From Verrucomicrobiales bacterium (GTDB lineage Bacteria; Verrucomicrobiota; Verrucomicrobiia; Limisphaerales; UBA9464): a stretch of DNA of 64,000 bases. Under the pieces are notes generated by a model that had not been told where the DNA came from, did no database searches, and saw only the letters and a program-made list of their open reading frames with translations. The stretch is taken from the NCBI GenBank assembly GCA_016793645.1, contig JAEUHD010000086.1, positions 31,397-95,396 of the forward strand, written 5' to 3'. The position numbers and the translations under genes were made by a program. Shown here in pieces: positions 9,923 to 18,116 of the stretch (position 1 is the first letter of the stretch; every line of letters begins with the position of its first letter).

Positions 9923-11415
9923 ACCCGGCTCGAAGGCTGATCTTCGGATCGCTGGCCGCCATGGCGGTCCTGGTGGGACTCCTATTCTGGCGGCCCGGAA
10001 ACTCGCCAGCCGCCCTTCCACGTGAGCCCCTGCTGGTCTATTGCGCCGCCGGCCTCAAGGGACCTGTGGAGGAGGCCTCGCGCGAGTACGAGCGACGAAC
10101 CGGGGTCCCGGTGCAACTTCAGTTCGGGGGATCCGGACTCCTGCTCAACAATCTCAAGGTCGCGCGACGGGGGGACCTGTTCCTGGCAGCAGACAACTCC
10201 TATCTCGACGCCGGTCAATCCAACGGGGTGATCCGGGAAATCATTCCGCTCGCCCAGATGACCGCGGTCATCGCAGTTCCGAAGGCAAACCCCAAGAAAT
10301 TCACCTCGCTCGCCGATCTCGAAGCTCCGGGAGTGGAAATCGCCTCCGCGAATCCCGATGCCACCGCCATCGGCCGACTCACCCAGCGGGCGCTGGAGGC
10401 TTCGGGCCATTGGAGGAATCTCCAACCCCGAATCAAGGTGCTGAAACCCACGGTCAATGACGTGGCAAATGACGTGAAGTTGGGGACCGTGGACGCCGGG
10501 ATCGTCTGGGATGCCACCGTCAACCAGTACCCGGAACTGGCCGCAGTTTCGGTTCCCGAACTCCAGGGCGCCGTGGCGGAGGTCGGCGTTGGAGTTCTGA
10601 GTTTCTCGGAACAACCCGCAGCGGCCCTGCGCTTCGCCCGCTTTCTGGGTTCCCGGGAGTTCGGCCTCCCCGTATTTCAGAAGAGTGGGTTTGTCGCTGC
10701 GACGGGGGACTCCTGGACGGAACAACCCCAGGTCGTCCTCTACAGTGGCGGCGTCAACCGGGTGGCGATTGAGGAGACGCTGCGCGAGTTCGAAGCACGG
10801 GAAGGCGTCACGGTGAATCGCGTATACAATGGATGTGGCATTCTGACCGCCCAGATCCGGTCCGGACAGCGCCCCGACGCCTACTTCGCCTGCGACGTCT
10901 CGTTCATGACCAACGTTGCCTCCCATTTCTTGAAGCCCGTCGAATTGTCCCAGACCCGGATGGTCATTCTGACCCGACAGGGAAATCCAAAATCGCTGCG
11001 AACCCTCGCCGACCTGACGCAGCCGGGTCTTGCACTGGGCATTGCCAATCCACAACAGAGTGCGCTGGGAGCGCTAACCGTGCGCCTTCTGCGGGCGGAG
11101 GGACTTCTGGATCAGGTCATGCCCAACGTCCGCGTGCAGACTCCGACAGCGGACTTGCTGGTGAACCAGCTCCGGACCGGGGCCCTCGACGCCGCCCTCG
11201 TCTATGCCGCGAACACCAGCCAGGTGAAGGGCATCCTGGAGATCATCGAACTGCCCCAGGAATCGGCGCTGGCAACGCAGCCTTACGCCATCGGACGGGA
11301 TTCCCAACATCCGCGGCTGATGGAACGGCTCCTCCAACACCTCCGATCCCCCGCCTCGCGCGCCCGTTTTGAACAGACCGGATTTCGGTGGCGGGACGCT
11401 TCCCCGGAACGATGA
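9919..11415 (+). CDS. modA: membrane-anchored fusion of two ModA/TupA-like oxyanion periplasmic binding domains
   Basis: 498 aa with an N-terminal TM/signal anchor. Two consecutive ~230-aa units each show the ModA pattern: LLVYCAAGLKGPVEE...FGGSGLLLNNLK...DLFLAAD, and VVLYSGGVNRVAIEE...YNGCGILTAQIRSG...DAYFACD. ATGA overlaps occur at both ends. Confidence 0.75.
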   Translation: MNPARRLIFGSLAAMAVLVGLLFWRPGNSPAALPREPLLVYCAAGLKGPVEEASREYERRTGVPVQLQFGGSGLLLNNLKVARRGDLFLAADNSYLDAGQSNGVIREIIPLAQMTAVIAVPKANPKKFTSLADLEAPGVEIASANPDATAIGRLTQRALEASGHWRNLQPRIKVLKPTVNDVANDVKLGTVDAGIVWDATVNQYPELAAVSVPELQGAVAEVGVGVLSFSEQPAAALRFARFLGSREFGLPVFQKSGFVAATGDSWTEQPQVVLYSGGVNRVAIEETLREFEAREGVTVNRVYNGCGILTAQIRSGQRPDAYFACDVSFMTNVASHFLKPVELSQTRMVILTRQGNPKSLRTLADLTQPGLALGIANPQQSALGALTVRLLRAEGLLDQVMPNVRVQTPTADLLVNQLRTGALDAALVYAANTSQVKGILEIIELPQESALATQPYAIGRDSQHPRLMERLLQHLRSPASRARFEQTGFRWRDASPER

Positions 11416-12260
11416 ACGGAAGCCCCATTCCCACCAACCCCGGGCCTGAACCCCGGAAACGGATCCTGCACCCGGACCGCGTCTTCCTGCTGTCGTTCTC
11501 GATTCTGGGGGGAAGCTACCTGTTGCTGCTGCTGTCCACGCTGGTCGCCGACCTTGCCTACACCTCCCCGGGGCATTTGTGGCGGGCGCTTCAAAGTCCG
11601 GAAATCCGGTATGCCATCCGCCTGAGCCTCCTGAGCTGCACCCTGACGGCGCTGCTGTCGTTGTGGGTCGCGGTGCCCATTGGGTATCTCATGGCCCGAA
11701 TCCGATTTCCCGGGAAGGGCCTCGCCGATGTGCTGCTCGACATTCCCATCGTGCTCCCGCCCCTGGTGATCGGGCTCAGTCTGCTCATCCTGTTCCAAAC
11801 GCCGCCCGGGCGCGCCGTCGAGCGATGGATCCCGGTCACCTACGCAATTCCCAGCGTGATCCTGGCCCAGTTCATGGTTGCCTGCGCGTTCGCCGTCCGA
11901 ACCCTCCGGGCGACCTTCGAGCAGATCAGTCCGCGACACGAACAGGTCGCACTCACCCTCGGCTGTACCCGCAGCCAGGCGTTCTGGATGGTCGTTCTCC
12001 CGGAGGCGCGCCGCGGAGTCCTGACGGCGGGAACCCTCGCCTGGGCCCGCGCGCTCGGCGAATTTGGTCCCATCCTGATCTTCTCGGGCGCCACGCGGAT
12101 GAAGACCGAAGTGCTGTCCACGACGGTCTTCCTCGAACTGAGTGTCGGAAATCTTGAGGCCGCGGTCGCCGTCTCGCTGCTCATGGTGGCCGCGGCCGCC
12201 GTGGTGCTCCTCCTCATCCGGACCCAGGGACTCGAAAGCACCCTCGGTCGCCCGCTGTGA
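11412..12260 (+). CDS. modB: ABC transporter permease, ModB/CysT type
   Basis: Six predicted TM segments and an EAA-like loop (LGCTRSQAFWMVVLPEARRGVLTAG). The start is the ATG overlapping the upstream TGA. Confidence 0.8.
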   Translation: MNGSPIPTNPGPEPRKRILHPDRVFLLSFSILGGSYLLLLLSTLVADLAYTSPGHLWRALQSPEIRYAIRLSLLSCTLTALLSLWVAVPIGYLMARIRFPGKGLADVLLDIPIVLPPLVIGLSLLILFQTPPGRAVERWIPVTYAIPSVILAQFMVACAFAVRTLRATFEQISPRHEQVALTLGCTRSQAFWMVVLPEARRGVLTAGTLAWARALGEFGPILIFSGATRMKTEVLSTTVFLELSVGNLEAAVAVSLLMVAAAAVVLLLIRTQGLESTLGRPL

Positions 12261-12261
12261 A

Positions 12262-12918
12262 ATGATCGCCCTCGAACAGGTCACCGTGGGCATCGGCGGA
12301 TTCGAACTCCGCGACGTTTCCTTCACGATTCCGGACGGGGGCTACGGCGTCCTGATGGGACGCACCGGATCCGGCAAGACGACCCTGTTGGAGGCCATCT
12401 GCGGACTTCGCCCCATCCGCTCGGGCATCGTCCGCCTCCAGGGCCGCGACGTGACCCGCGAGTCCCCGGCGAAACGCGGCGTGGGATTCGTTCCCCAGGA
12501 GGGTGCCTTGTTCGGACACCTCACCGTGCGCGAGCATTTGGAGTTCGCCCTGGTGGTCCGCCACTGGAGCCCCGCTGCCATTCGCACCCGGGTGGAGGAG
12601 CTATCCGCCTGGCTCGGCCTCAACCCACTGCTGCACCGGAAGCCCGCGGGACTTAGCGGCGGGGAAACCCAAAGGGTGGCCCTGGGCAGGGCACTCTCCT
12701 TCCAACCGCAGGTGCTGTGCCTCGACGAACCGCTGAGCGCGCTGGATGACGAGAGCCGGGCTGAAATCTGTTCGGTACTGGAAACCATCCACCAACGAAC
12801 CCGCGTCACGGTCCTGCACATCACCCATAATCGCACCGAAGCCGAACGGCTGGCGGGCACCCTCCTTCGGATCCATGACGGAACCCTACAACTCCAGGTA
12901 CCGCCCGCGTCCCGCTGA
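12262..12918 (+). CDS. modC: ABC transporter ATP-binding protein (short ModC-like, no TOBE/Mop domain)
   Basis: Walker A GRTGSGKTT, signature LSGGETQRV and Walker B LCLDEPLSALD. At 218 aa it lacks the C-terminal regulatory domain of E. coli-type ModC. Confidence 0.85.
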   Translation: MIALEQVTVGIGGFELRDVSFTIPDGGYGVLMGRTGSGKTTLLEAICGLRPIRSGIVRLQGRDVTRESPAKRGVGFVPQEGALFGHLTVREHLEFALVVRHWSPAAIRTRVEELSAWLGLNPLLHRKPAGLSGGETQRVALGRALSFQPQVLCLDEPLSALDDESRAEICSVLETIHQRTRVTVLHITHNRTEAERLAGTLLRIHDGTLQLQVPPASR

Positions 12919-13666
12919 AGCACTGCCGGAACTCGACCCCGTCGAGCGGGAAATCCGCTCATGGCAGCTCGATGTGGACGGCTTCGGGGAACTCGGACAA
13001 CGACGCGTCCAGGCCACAACCGTCCTGATCTCCCGCGTCGGCGGCCTGGGTGGCATGGTGGCCCTCGAACTCGCCGCCGCTGGGATCGGCGGAATGGTTC
13101 TCGCCCATGGAGGATCTCTTCGAGCGAACGACCTCAACCGACAGGTCCTCATGTCCCATGCCGGGATCGGAAAGCCCCGCATCGACCTTGCCGCGGAACG
13201 GCTGCTGGCGCTGAATCCCCGCCTGAGGATCCAGGCCGTCGCCTCCAACGTCACGGAGTCCAACGTCCGGGAACTGGTGGAGGCTGCGGACGTGATCGTG
13301 GACTGCGCTCCGTTGTTCGAGGAACGGTACCTCCTGAATCGCGAGGCGGTCGCACAGCGCAAGCCCATGGTCGAATGCGCCGTGTACGGACAGGAATTTC
13401 ACCTGACCACGATTCTACCCGGGGAAACCCCCTGTTTGCGGTGCCTGTATCCGGAGCCTTCCACCACGTGGGTCCGAAGGTTCCCGGTTCTCGGCGCGGT
13501 TTCCGGCGCGGCGGGATGCCTCGCCGCAATGGAGGTGATCAAGCTGATCTCCGGATGTGGAGAAATCCTCCGGGGCCGGCTGCTGGCCATGGATCTCCGA
13601 ACCCATCAGGTGACAAACGTGCGAATCCGGAGGCTTCCCCGTTGTCTCGATTGCGGCGATGTCTAG
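12875..13666 (+). CDS. ThiF/MoeB/HesA-family E1-like adenylyltransferase
   Basis: Gly-rich nucleotide loop VLISRVGGLGGMVALELAAAGIG, then NDLNRQVL, and two CxxC pairs (CLRC, CLDC). The first in-frame ATG overlaps the ModC gene by 44 nt, so the start is uncertain. Confidence 0.75.
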   Translation: MTEPYNSRYRPRPAEALPELDPVEREIRSWQLDVDGFGELGQRRVQATTVLISRVGGLGGMVALELAAAGIGGMVLAHGGSLRANDLNRQVLMSHAGIGKPRIDLAAERLLALNPRLRIQAVASNVTESNVRELVEAADVIVDCAPLFEERYLLNREAVAQRKPMVECAVYGQEFHLTTILPGETPCLRCLYPEPSTTWVRRFPVLGAVSGAAGCLAAMEVIKLISGCGEILRGRLLAMDLRTHQVTNVRIRRLPRCLDCGDV

Positions 13667-13685
13667 GCTTTGGGAACGCGACGAC

Positions 13686-14837
13686 ATGAGGCGGATTCTT
13701 CCCATGATCCTGGCGGCTTCGGCCCTGATGAACCTCCCGGTTCAGGCCTGCCGCTATTCGATTCGGGACACCGGCTTCGTGGATTTCGATGCCGCCGTCT
13801 ATCGGCTGCGACTGTCTGACGAGGGTATTCCTCCCGCCACCACGGCGCTCTTCCTTCAATCCGCCGCAGGAGTGCTTCTGGATTCGAACATCGAGTTCGA
13901 CCGGACGGAATCCACCACGGACAGTACGGGCCTCCACCTTCGGGACGCCTCGGGCCGGGACCTTCTGATTTCCAGCCCGGAGAAACTCCCCGGCGACGCC
14001 CCGGGAATCCAACGGATGCTGGAGTCCATCGCCAACTCCCCCGCCCGAAGTCGGGTCCAAACCGAGTCCCTCCGCTCCTTTGCGGTGGTTCTCCTGGTGG
14101 ACGGCACCAATTCCGCCGCCAACGCACGCGCGCTCGAAGCCATTAAAACCGCGATCGCGTCCGTGGAGCGACTGATGCCCTCAATGCCGAAGCCGGTCTC
14201 GGTGCCGCCCCAACTCGTGCAGATCTCCGCATCCGAATTGCCCGCGGAGTCCGTGCTCCTCTGGGGGCTCGGCCTTGTTCCGGAGCCCGTCGCAGATCCC
14301 CGGCTGGCCCTCCTTTATGGCCGGGGCCGGCGACTTGGCGAACCGCTGGAGGGTCCGACGATCACGCGAACCGCAGTCCAGGAACGGCTGGTGCTCATCG
14401 GACAGGACTGCGAATGCGACCTGGATCGGTCCTGGCTCAAGGGGCCGGTGATTCCTGGACGCTGGGATCGCAGTCTCCAGGAGGGCGCCGCCCAATCGCT
14501 GGGCTTTGACCCGGAGAGCCCGATGGTGCGCTCCGAAGTGAGCCGAATCGTGCTCCGCGGGGAGGGTGATCGGAAACACCCCAGTCGTCCGTCGAGTGCC
14601 CTGGCCCTCGGTTACTCTGAGGAGTCGGTGGACGATGCCGCCGGGACGTCGTCCCCGACCGGAGCCGTTGATGATTCCTCAACGGACGCCAGCAATGCAC
14701 CGCCTTCGATCCCAGGCCCCACAACGCCACAGAATCCACAGACCGGCATGACGTGGTGGATTTTGGGAACTGGGATGGCCGCGGCGATGCTCGCCGGAAT
14801 TGGAGTGGCCCTCCGCGGACTTCGACGCCACGCATGA
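13686..14837 (+). CDS. hypothetical exported protein: lipobox-like Cys at the N-terminus, C-terminal TM anchor, no recognisable domain
   Basis: The sequence starts MRRILPMILAASALMNLPVQAC. It contains a CECD motif, an S/T/P/D-rich linker and a C-terminal helix WWILGTGMAAAMLAGIGVAL followed by RGLRR. The stop overlaps the next start (ATGA). Confidence 0.6.
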   Translation: MRRILPMILAASALMNLPVQACRYSIRDTGFVDFDAAVYRLRLSDEGIPPATTALFLQSAAGVLLDSNIEFDRTESTTDSTGLHLRDASGRDLLISSPEKLPGDAPGIQRMLESIANSPARSRVQTESLRSFAVVLLVDGTNSAANARALEAIKTAIASVERLMPSMPKPVSVPPQLVQISASELPAESVLLWGLGLVPEPVADPRLALLYGRGRRLGEPLEGPTITRTAVQERLVLIGQDCECDLDRSWLKGPVIPGRWDRSLQEGAAQSLGFDPESPMVRSEVSRIVLRGEGDRKHPSRPSSALALGYSEESVDDAAGTSSPTGAVDDSSTDASNAPPSIPGPTTPQNPQTGMTWWILGTGMAAAMLAGIGVALRGLRRHA

Positions 14838-15985
14838 ATGTACTTCAGCTCATCGGGCGCGAACTGGGTCACCGCCGTCTGCAGGCGGGTTTGACGCTGC
14901 TCGGCCTGACCATTGCCGTGGCGCTGCTGACCGCTGTGCACCTCGCCACGGGTGCGGCGGAACGCGAAACCCGCCGGGTGATGCGCGACCTCGGATTCAA
15001 CCTCCGGATTGTCTCCCGGGACACGGATCCGGCCTTCTTCTGGCGGGAAGGCCACTCGGATCGAACCCTTCCGGAATCCGCCGTCCGGACACTGGCGGCG
15101 CAGCATGGAGTTTTCATCACCTTCAACCACCTCACCCCGACCCTGGAGCGACGGCTCGTCATCCAGGGACGGGACGCGCTGATCACCGGCCTCGGCGCGT
15201 CGGTCATTGGGCCCGGAGAGAAGAAGCAACCCATGGGATTCGTGATTCCCAACGGCAGCCTCTATCTCGGCGCCACGCTCGCCCGCGTCCTCGGCGCGGA
15301 ACGGGGCGGGACCGTCACGCTGTCCAATCGGACCTTTCGGGTGGAACGGGTCCTGACCGAAAGCGGCACCGAGGACGATATCCGAATTTTCACCTCCCTG
15401 TCGGACGCCCAGTCCCTGCTCCAACTGCCGGGACAAATCAGCGAGATCAAGGCCGTGGATTGCCTCTGCCTGACACCCGATCAGGACCCCTTGGGACAGA
15501 TCCGCAAGGCCCTCGCTTCGGCTCTTCCGGAGGCCACGGTGTTCCAGGTTCGCCACCTCGCCGAAGCCCGGGCGCGCCAGCGGAGGATGTCCGAACACTT
15601 CACGCAGTTCGCCGTCCCGTTGACCCTGGGTGCCGCGGCTCTGTGGACCGGACTCCTGATGATGCTCAATGTGCGGGAACGCCGCGCGGAGATCGGATTG
15701 TGGCGCGCCCTCGGATGGGGCTCACCTCCGATTGCCGCCCTGTTCCTGGGCCGGGCGGTTCTTCTGGGAGCCGCAGCAGCCATCCTCGGCTGGGCTCTGG
15801 GAACCGGAGCCGCGCTGCATTGGGGACCCGGGCTCTTCCCGGTGACGTCCGGGGCATTGGCACCGGACCTGGGCTTCCTTCGACTCGCCCTCGTGGCCAC
15901 CCCCGCCCTCGCCGCAGCAGCCTCATTCCTACCCGCCATGATGGCGGTCGCGCAGGATCCAGCGGACACTCTTCGCGCAGACTGA
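14834..15985 (+). CDS. FtsX-domain ABC permease of MacB/LolC (type VII) architecture
   Basis: 383 aa. TM1 at ~17-38, a ~220-aa extracytoplasmic domain, then three C-terminal TM helices with the FtsX-type ERRAEIGLWRALGW loop. Confidence 0.8.
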   Translation: MNVLQLIGRELGHRRLQAGLTLLGLTIAVALLTAVHLATGAAERETRRVMRDLGFNLRIVSRDTDPAFFWREGHSDRTLPESAVRTLAAQHGVFITFNHLTPTLERRLVIQGRDALITGLGASVIGPGEKKQPMGFVIPNGSLYLGATLARVLGAERGGTVTLSNRTFRVERVLTESGTEDDIRIFTSLSDAQSLLQLPGQISEIKAVDCLCLTPDQDPLGQIRKALASALPEATVFQVRHLAEARARQRRMSEHFTQFAVPLTLGAAALWTGLLMMLNVRERRAEIGLWRALGWGSPPIAALFLGRAVLLGAAAAILGWALGTGAALHWGPGLFPVTSGALAPDLGFLRLALVATPALAAAASFLPAMMAVAQDPADTLRAD

Positions 15986-15990
15986 CCTCC

Positions 15991-16671
15991 ATGCTTTCCT
16001 GCCGACAACTCAGCCGGGACTACCGGGGGCCGCAGGGACCCGTGCGTGTTCTCCGGGAACTGTCCTTCGAGGCCGCCCGCGGCGACATGGTGGTCATCCG
16101 TGGCCCGAGCGGCGCCGGCAAGACCACCCTTCTCCTGACCCTCGGAGGTATGCTCCGGCCCAATTCAGGATCCGTGATGCTCGACGGACAGGATCTCTAT
16201 TCCCTTTCCGCTGCGGATCGGGCACGCCTTCGAAACCGCCGGATCGGGTTTGTCTTCCAACTGTTTCACCTCGTCCCCTACCTGAGCGTCCACGAGAACA
16301 TCCTCGCGGGATTGCCCGGTTCAGTGGATGGCACCCTCCGGAGGCGTGCGTCAGGGTTGCTGGAGGAATTGGGCCTCGCCTCGCGGGAAAATCATCGTCC
16401 CGCCGCGCTCAGTGCCGGTGAACGGCAACGAACCGCGCTGGCCAGGGCCCTGCTCAAGGAACCCAGTGTGATGCTCGCCGACGAACCTGCCGGAAACCTG
16501 GATCCCGCCAATGGCGCCGTCGTCTTCCAACACTTGGAGGACTATCGCCGCAAGGGCGGGACCGTGATCGTGGTCACCCATGGCACGGAGTCGATTCCGG
16601 CGACAGCCCGCAGGCTTCGACTCGAGAACGGCGTCCTTCTCGAAGAGTCCGTTTCCGCACAACGTCCATGA
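15991..16671 (+). CDS. ABC transporter ATP-binding protein (LolD/MacB/FtsE type)
   Basis: Walker A GPSGAGKTT, Q-loop FVFQ, signature LSAGERQRTALARAL and Walker B MLADEPAGNLD. This is the last 226 codons of the 623-aa track ORF. Confidence 0.9.
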   Translation: MLSCRQLSRDYRGPQGPVRVLRELSFEAARGDMVVIRGPSGAGKTTLLLTLGGMLRPNSGSVMLDGQDLYSLSAADRARLRNRRIGFVFQLFHLVPYLSVHENILAGLPGSVDGTLRRRASGLLEELGLASRENHRPAALSAGERQRTALARALLKEPSVMLADEPAGNLDPANGAVVFQHLEDYRRKGGTVIVVTHGTESIPATARRLRLENGVLLEESVSAQRP

Positions 16672-18116
16672 GATCCCGCACTGCATCCCTGCTCCGCCGC
16701 GTGACCCTCGGGTGGGTGATCACCGTGGCGGTCGTCCGCGCATCGGCTTCGGATTGGCCGACCTACCGGGCGGACAATTCCCGGAGCGGGGTCAGCCCGG
16801 ATGACGTCCCTGGCGTGGTCTCCGAAGCCTGGGTCTGGCGCTCCCGCCAACCGCCCCGTCCCGCGTGGCAGGGCGAAGCCAAATGGGACGGGTGGAACAA
16901 GGTCTTTGACCTGAAGGCCCGTCAAACCTTCGACCGCGCCTTTCACGCCGTGGTGTCGGGAGACCGGGTCTATTTCGGGTCCTCGGCCGACGACAAGATC
17001 TACTGCCTGGACGCCGTGACCGGCAGGGAGGTGTGGACCGTCTTCACCGAAGGCCCCGTCCGCCTCGCCCCTACAATCGCCAATGGCCGCGTGTACGTAG
17101 GCTCCGACGACGGCCACGTGTACTGCCTCGATGCCCAGGACGGTCATTCGCTCTGGAACGTGCGGGCCGCACCGTCCGACCGGCGCATCCCGGGCAACGG
17201 CCGCCTCATTTCCGCCTGGCCCGTGCGTACGTCGGTCGTGGTCGCCGATGGCATCGCCTACACCACCGCAGGGATGTTTCCATCGGAGGGAGTCCATCTC
17301 CTCGCACTGGACGCCGCCACCGGCGCCGAGCGGTGGCGTCAAATCCAGACCGATCTTCCGGCACAGGGATACCTCCTCGCGTCCCCCACCCGGCTTTATA
17401 TTCCTGCGGGACGCGATAATCCCGTCGTGTGCGACCGGGCCACCGGAAAACGGATCCGGGTCGTGGACGGAAACGGCGGCACCTATGCCCTGCTCGCGGG
17501 TGGGGATTCCCTGGTGTTCGGCCCTGGAAAAACCGGGCAACTCAACGCGCTCGACGAAGGACCTGCGGACCAACTCGCCACCTTCCAGGGAAACCAAATG
17601 ATCGTCGCCGGTGATCGGTCTTACCTACACTCGGACACGGAACTCAGCGCATTGGACCGGGGACGTTACCTGCAGTTGGCCCGCGAGCGAAAGGCCATCA
17701 GCCGGAGGCAGGGGGAAATCCAAAAGGCGCTGCGGAAACTCGACGCCGCCGGGGGCGGTGACGCCGAGAAGGCAAAACTCAAATCGGAACTCGCGGAATT
17801 GGGTCCGAAACTGGATGCCCGCACCCAGTCCATGGAGGAATGCCTTGCGTGGAAGATTCCCTGCCGCTGGCCGCTGACACTGGTGCTGGCGGGAACGACG
17901 CTGGCCGCCGGCGGCCAGAATGAAGTGGCCGGATTCCAGGCGTCGGATGGAAAGGTCCTGTGGACCCGTCCGGTCACTGGGGCCGCCTATGGAATCGCCG
18001 CAGCGGGAGGTGCCCTTTTCGTCAGCACCGACAGCGGCTCAATCCACTGTTTCCGGGGCTCCAGCCAGCGCGCCTCCCTCAACGCCCCCGCTCCCGCGGA
18101 ATCCCGCACCCCATGA
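16668..18116 (+). CDS. exported PQQ-like (BamB-type) beta-propeller repeat protein with a coiled-coil insertion
   Basis: Signal peptide, WPTYRADNSRSG and repeated GRVYVGSDDGHVYCLDAQDG-type blades. A ~60-aa charged helical insert is present (RERKAISRRQGEIQKALRKLD...KLKSELAELG). Confidence 0.75.
   Translation: MRSRTASLLRRVTLGWVITVAVVRASASDWPTYRADNSRSGVSPDDVPGVVSEAWVWRSRQPPRPAWQGEAKWDGWNKVFDLKARQTFDRAFHAVVSGDRVYFGSSADDKIYCLDAVTGREVWTVFTEGPVRLAPTIANGRVYVGSDDGHVYCLDAQDGHSLWNVRAAPSDRRIPGNGRLISAWPVRTSVVVADGIAYTTAGMFPSEGVHLLALDAATGAERWRQIQTDLPAQGYLLASPTRLYIPAGRDNPVVCDRATGKRIRVVDGNGGTYALLAGGDSLVFGPGKTGQLNALDEGPADQLATFQGNQMIVAGDRSYLHSDTELSALDRGRYLQLARERKAISRRQGEIQKALRKLDAAGGGDAEKAKLKSELAELGPKLDARTQSMEECLAWKIPCRWPLTLVLAGTTLAAGGQNEVAGFQASDGKVLWTRPVTGAAYGIAAAGGALFVSTDSGSIHCFRGSSQRASLNAPAPAESRTP

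Noticed and set aside
9982-12326. 357-aa and 347-aa minus-strand ORFs (9982-11055 and 11283-12326) antisense to the ModA-fusion and ModB genes
   Set aside because: They lie opposite genes with clear binding-protein and permease patterns, and their own products are Gly/Arg/Asp-rich with no motifs. The same logic applies to the other long antisense ORFs: 2074-3084, 5420-6469, 6282-7259, 7755-8639, 14612-15598, 16542-17597, 19541-20602, 39285-40277, 42723-43778 and 45402-46115.
14800-15990. N-terminal ~397 codons of the 623-aa track ORF 14800-16671
   Set aside because: This part is an alternate frame of the FtsX permease gene (Arg/Pro/Gly-rich). Only the last 226 codons, from the ATG at 15991, form the ABC ATPase.
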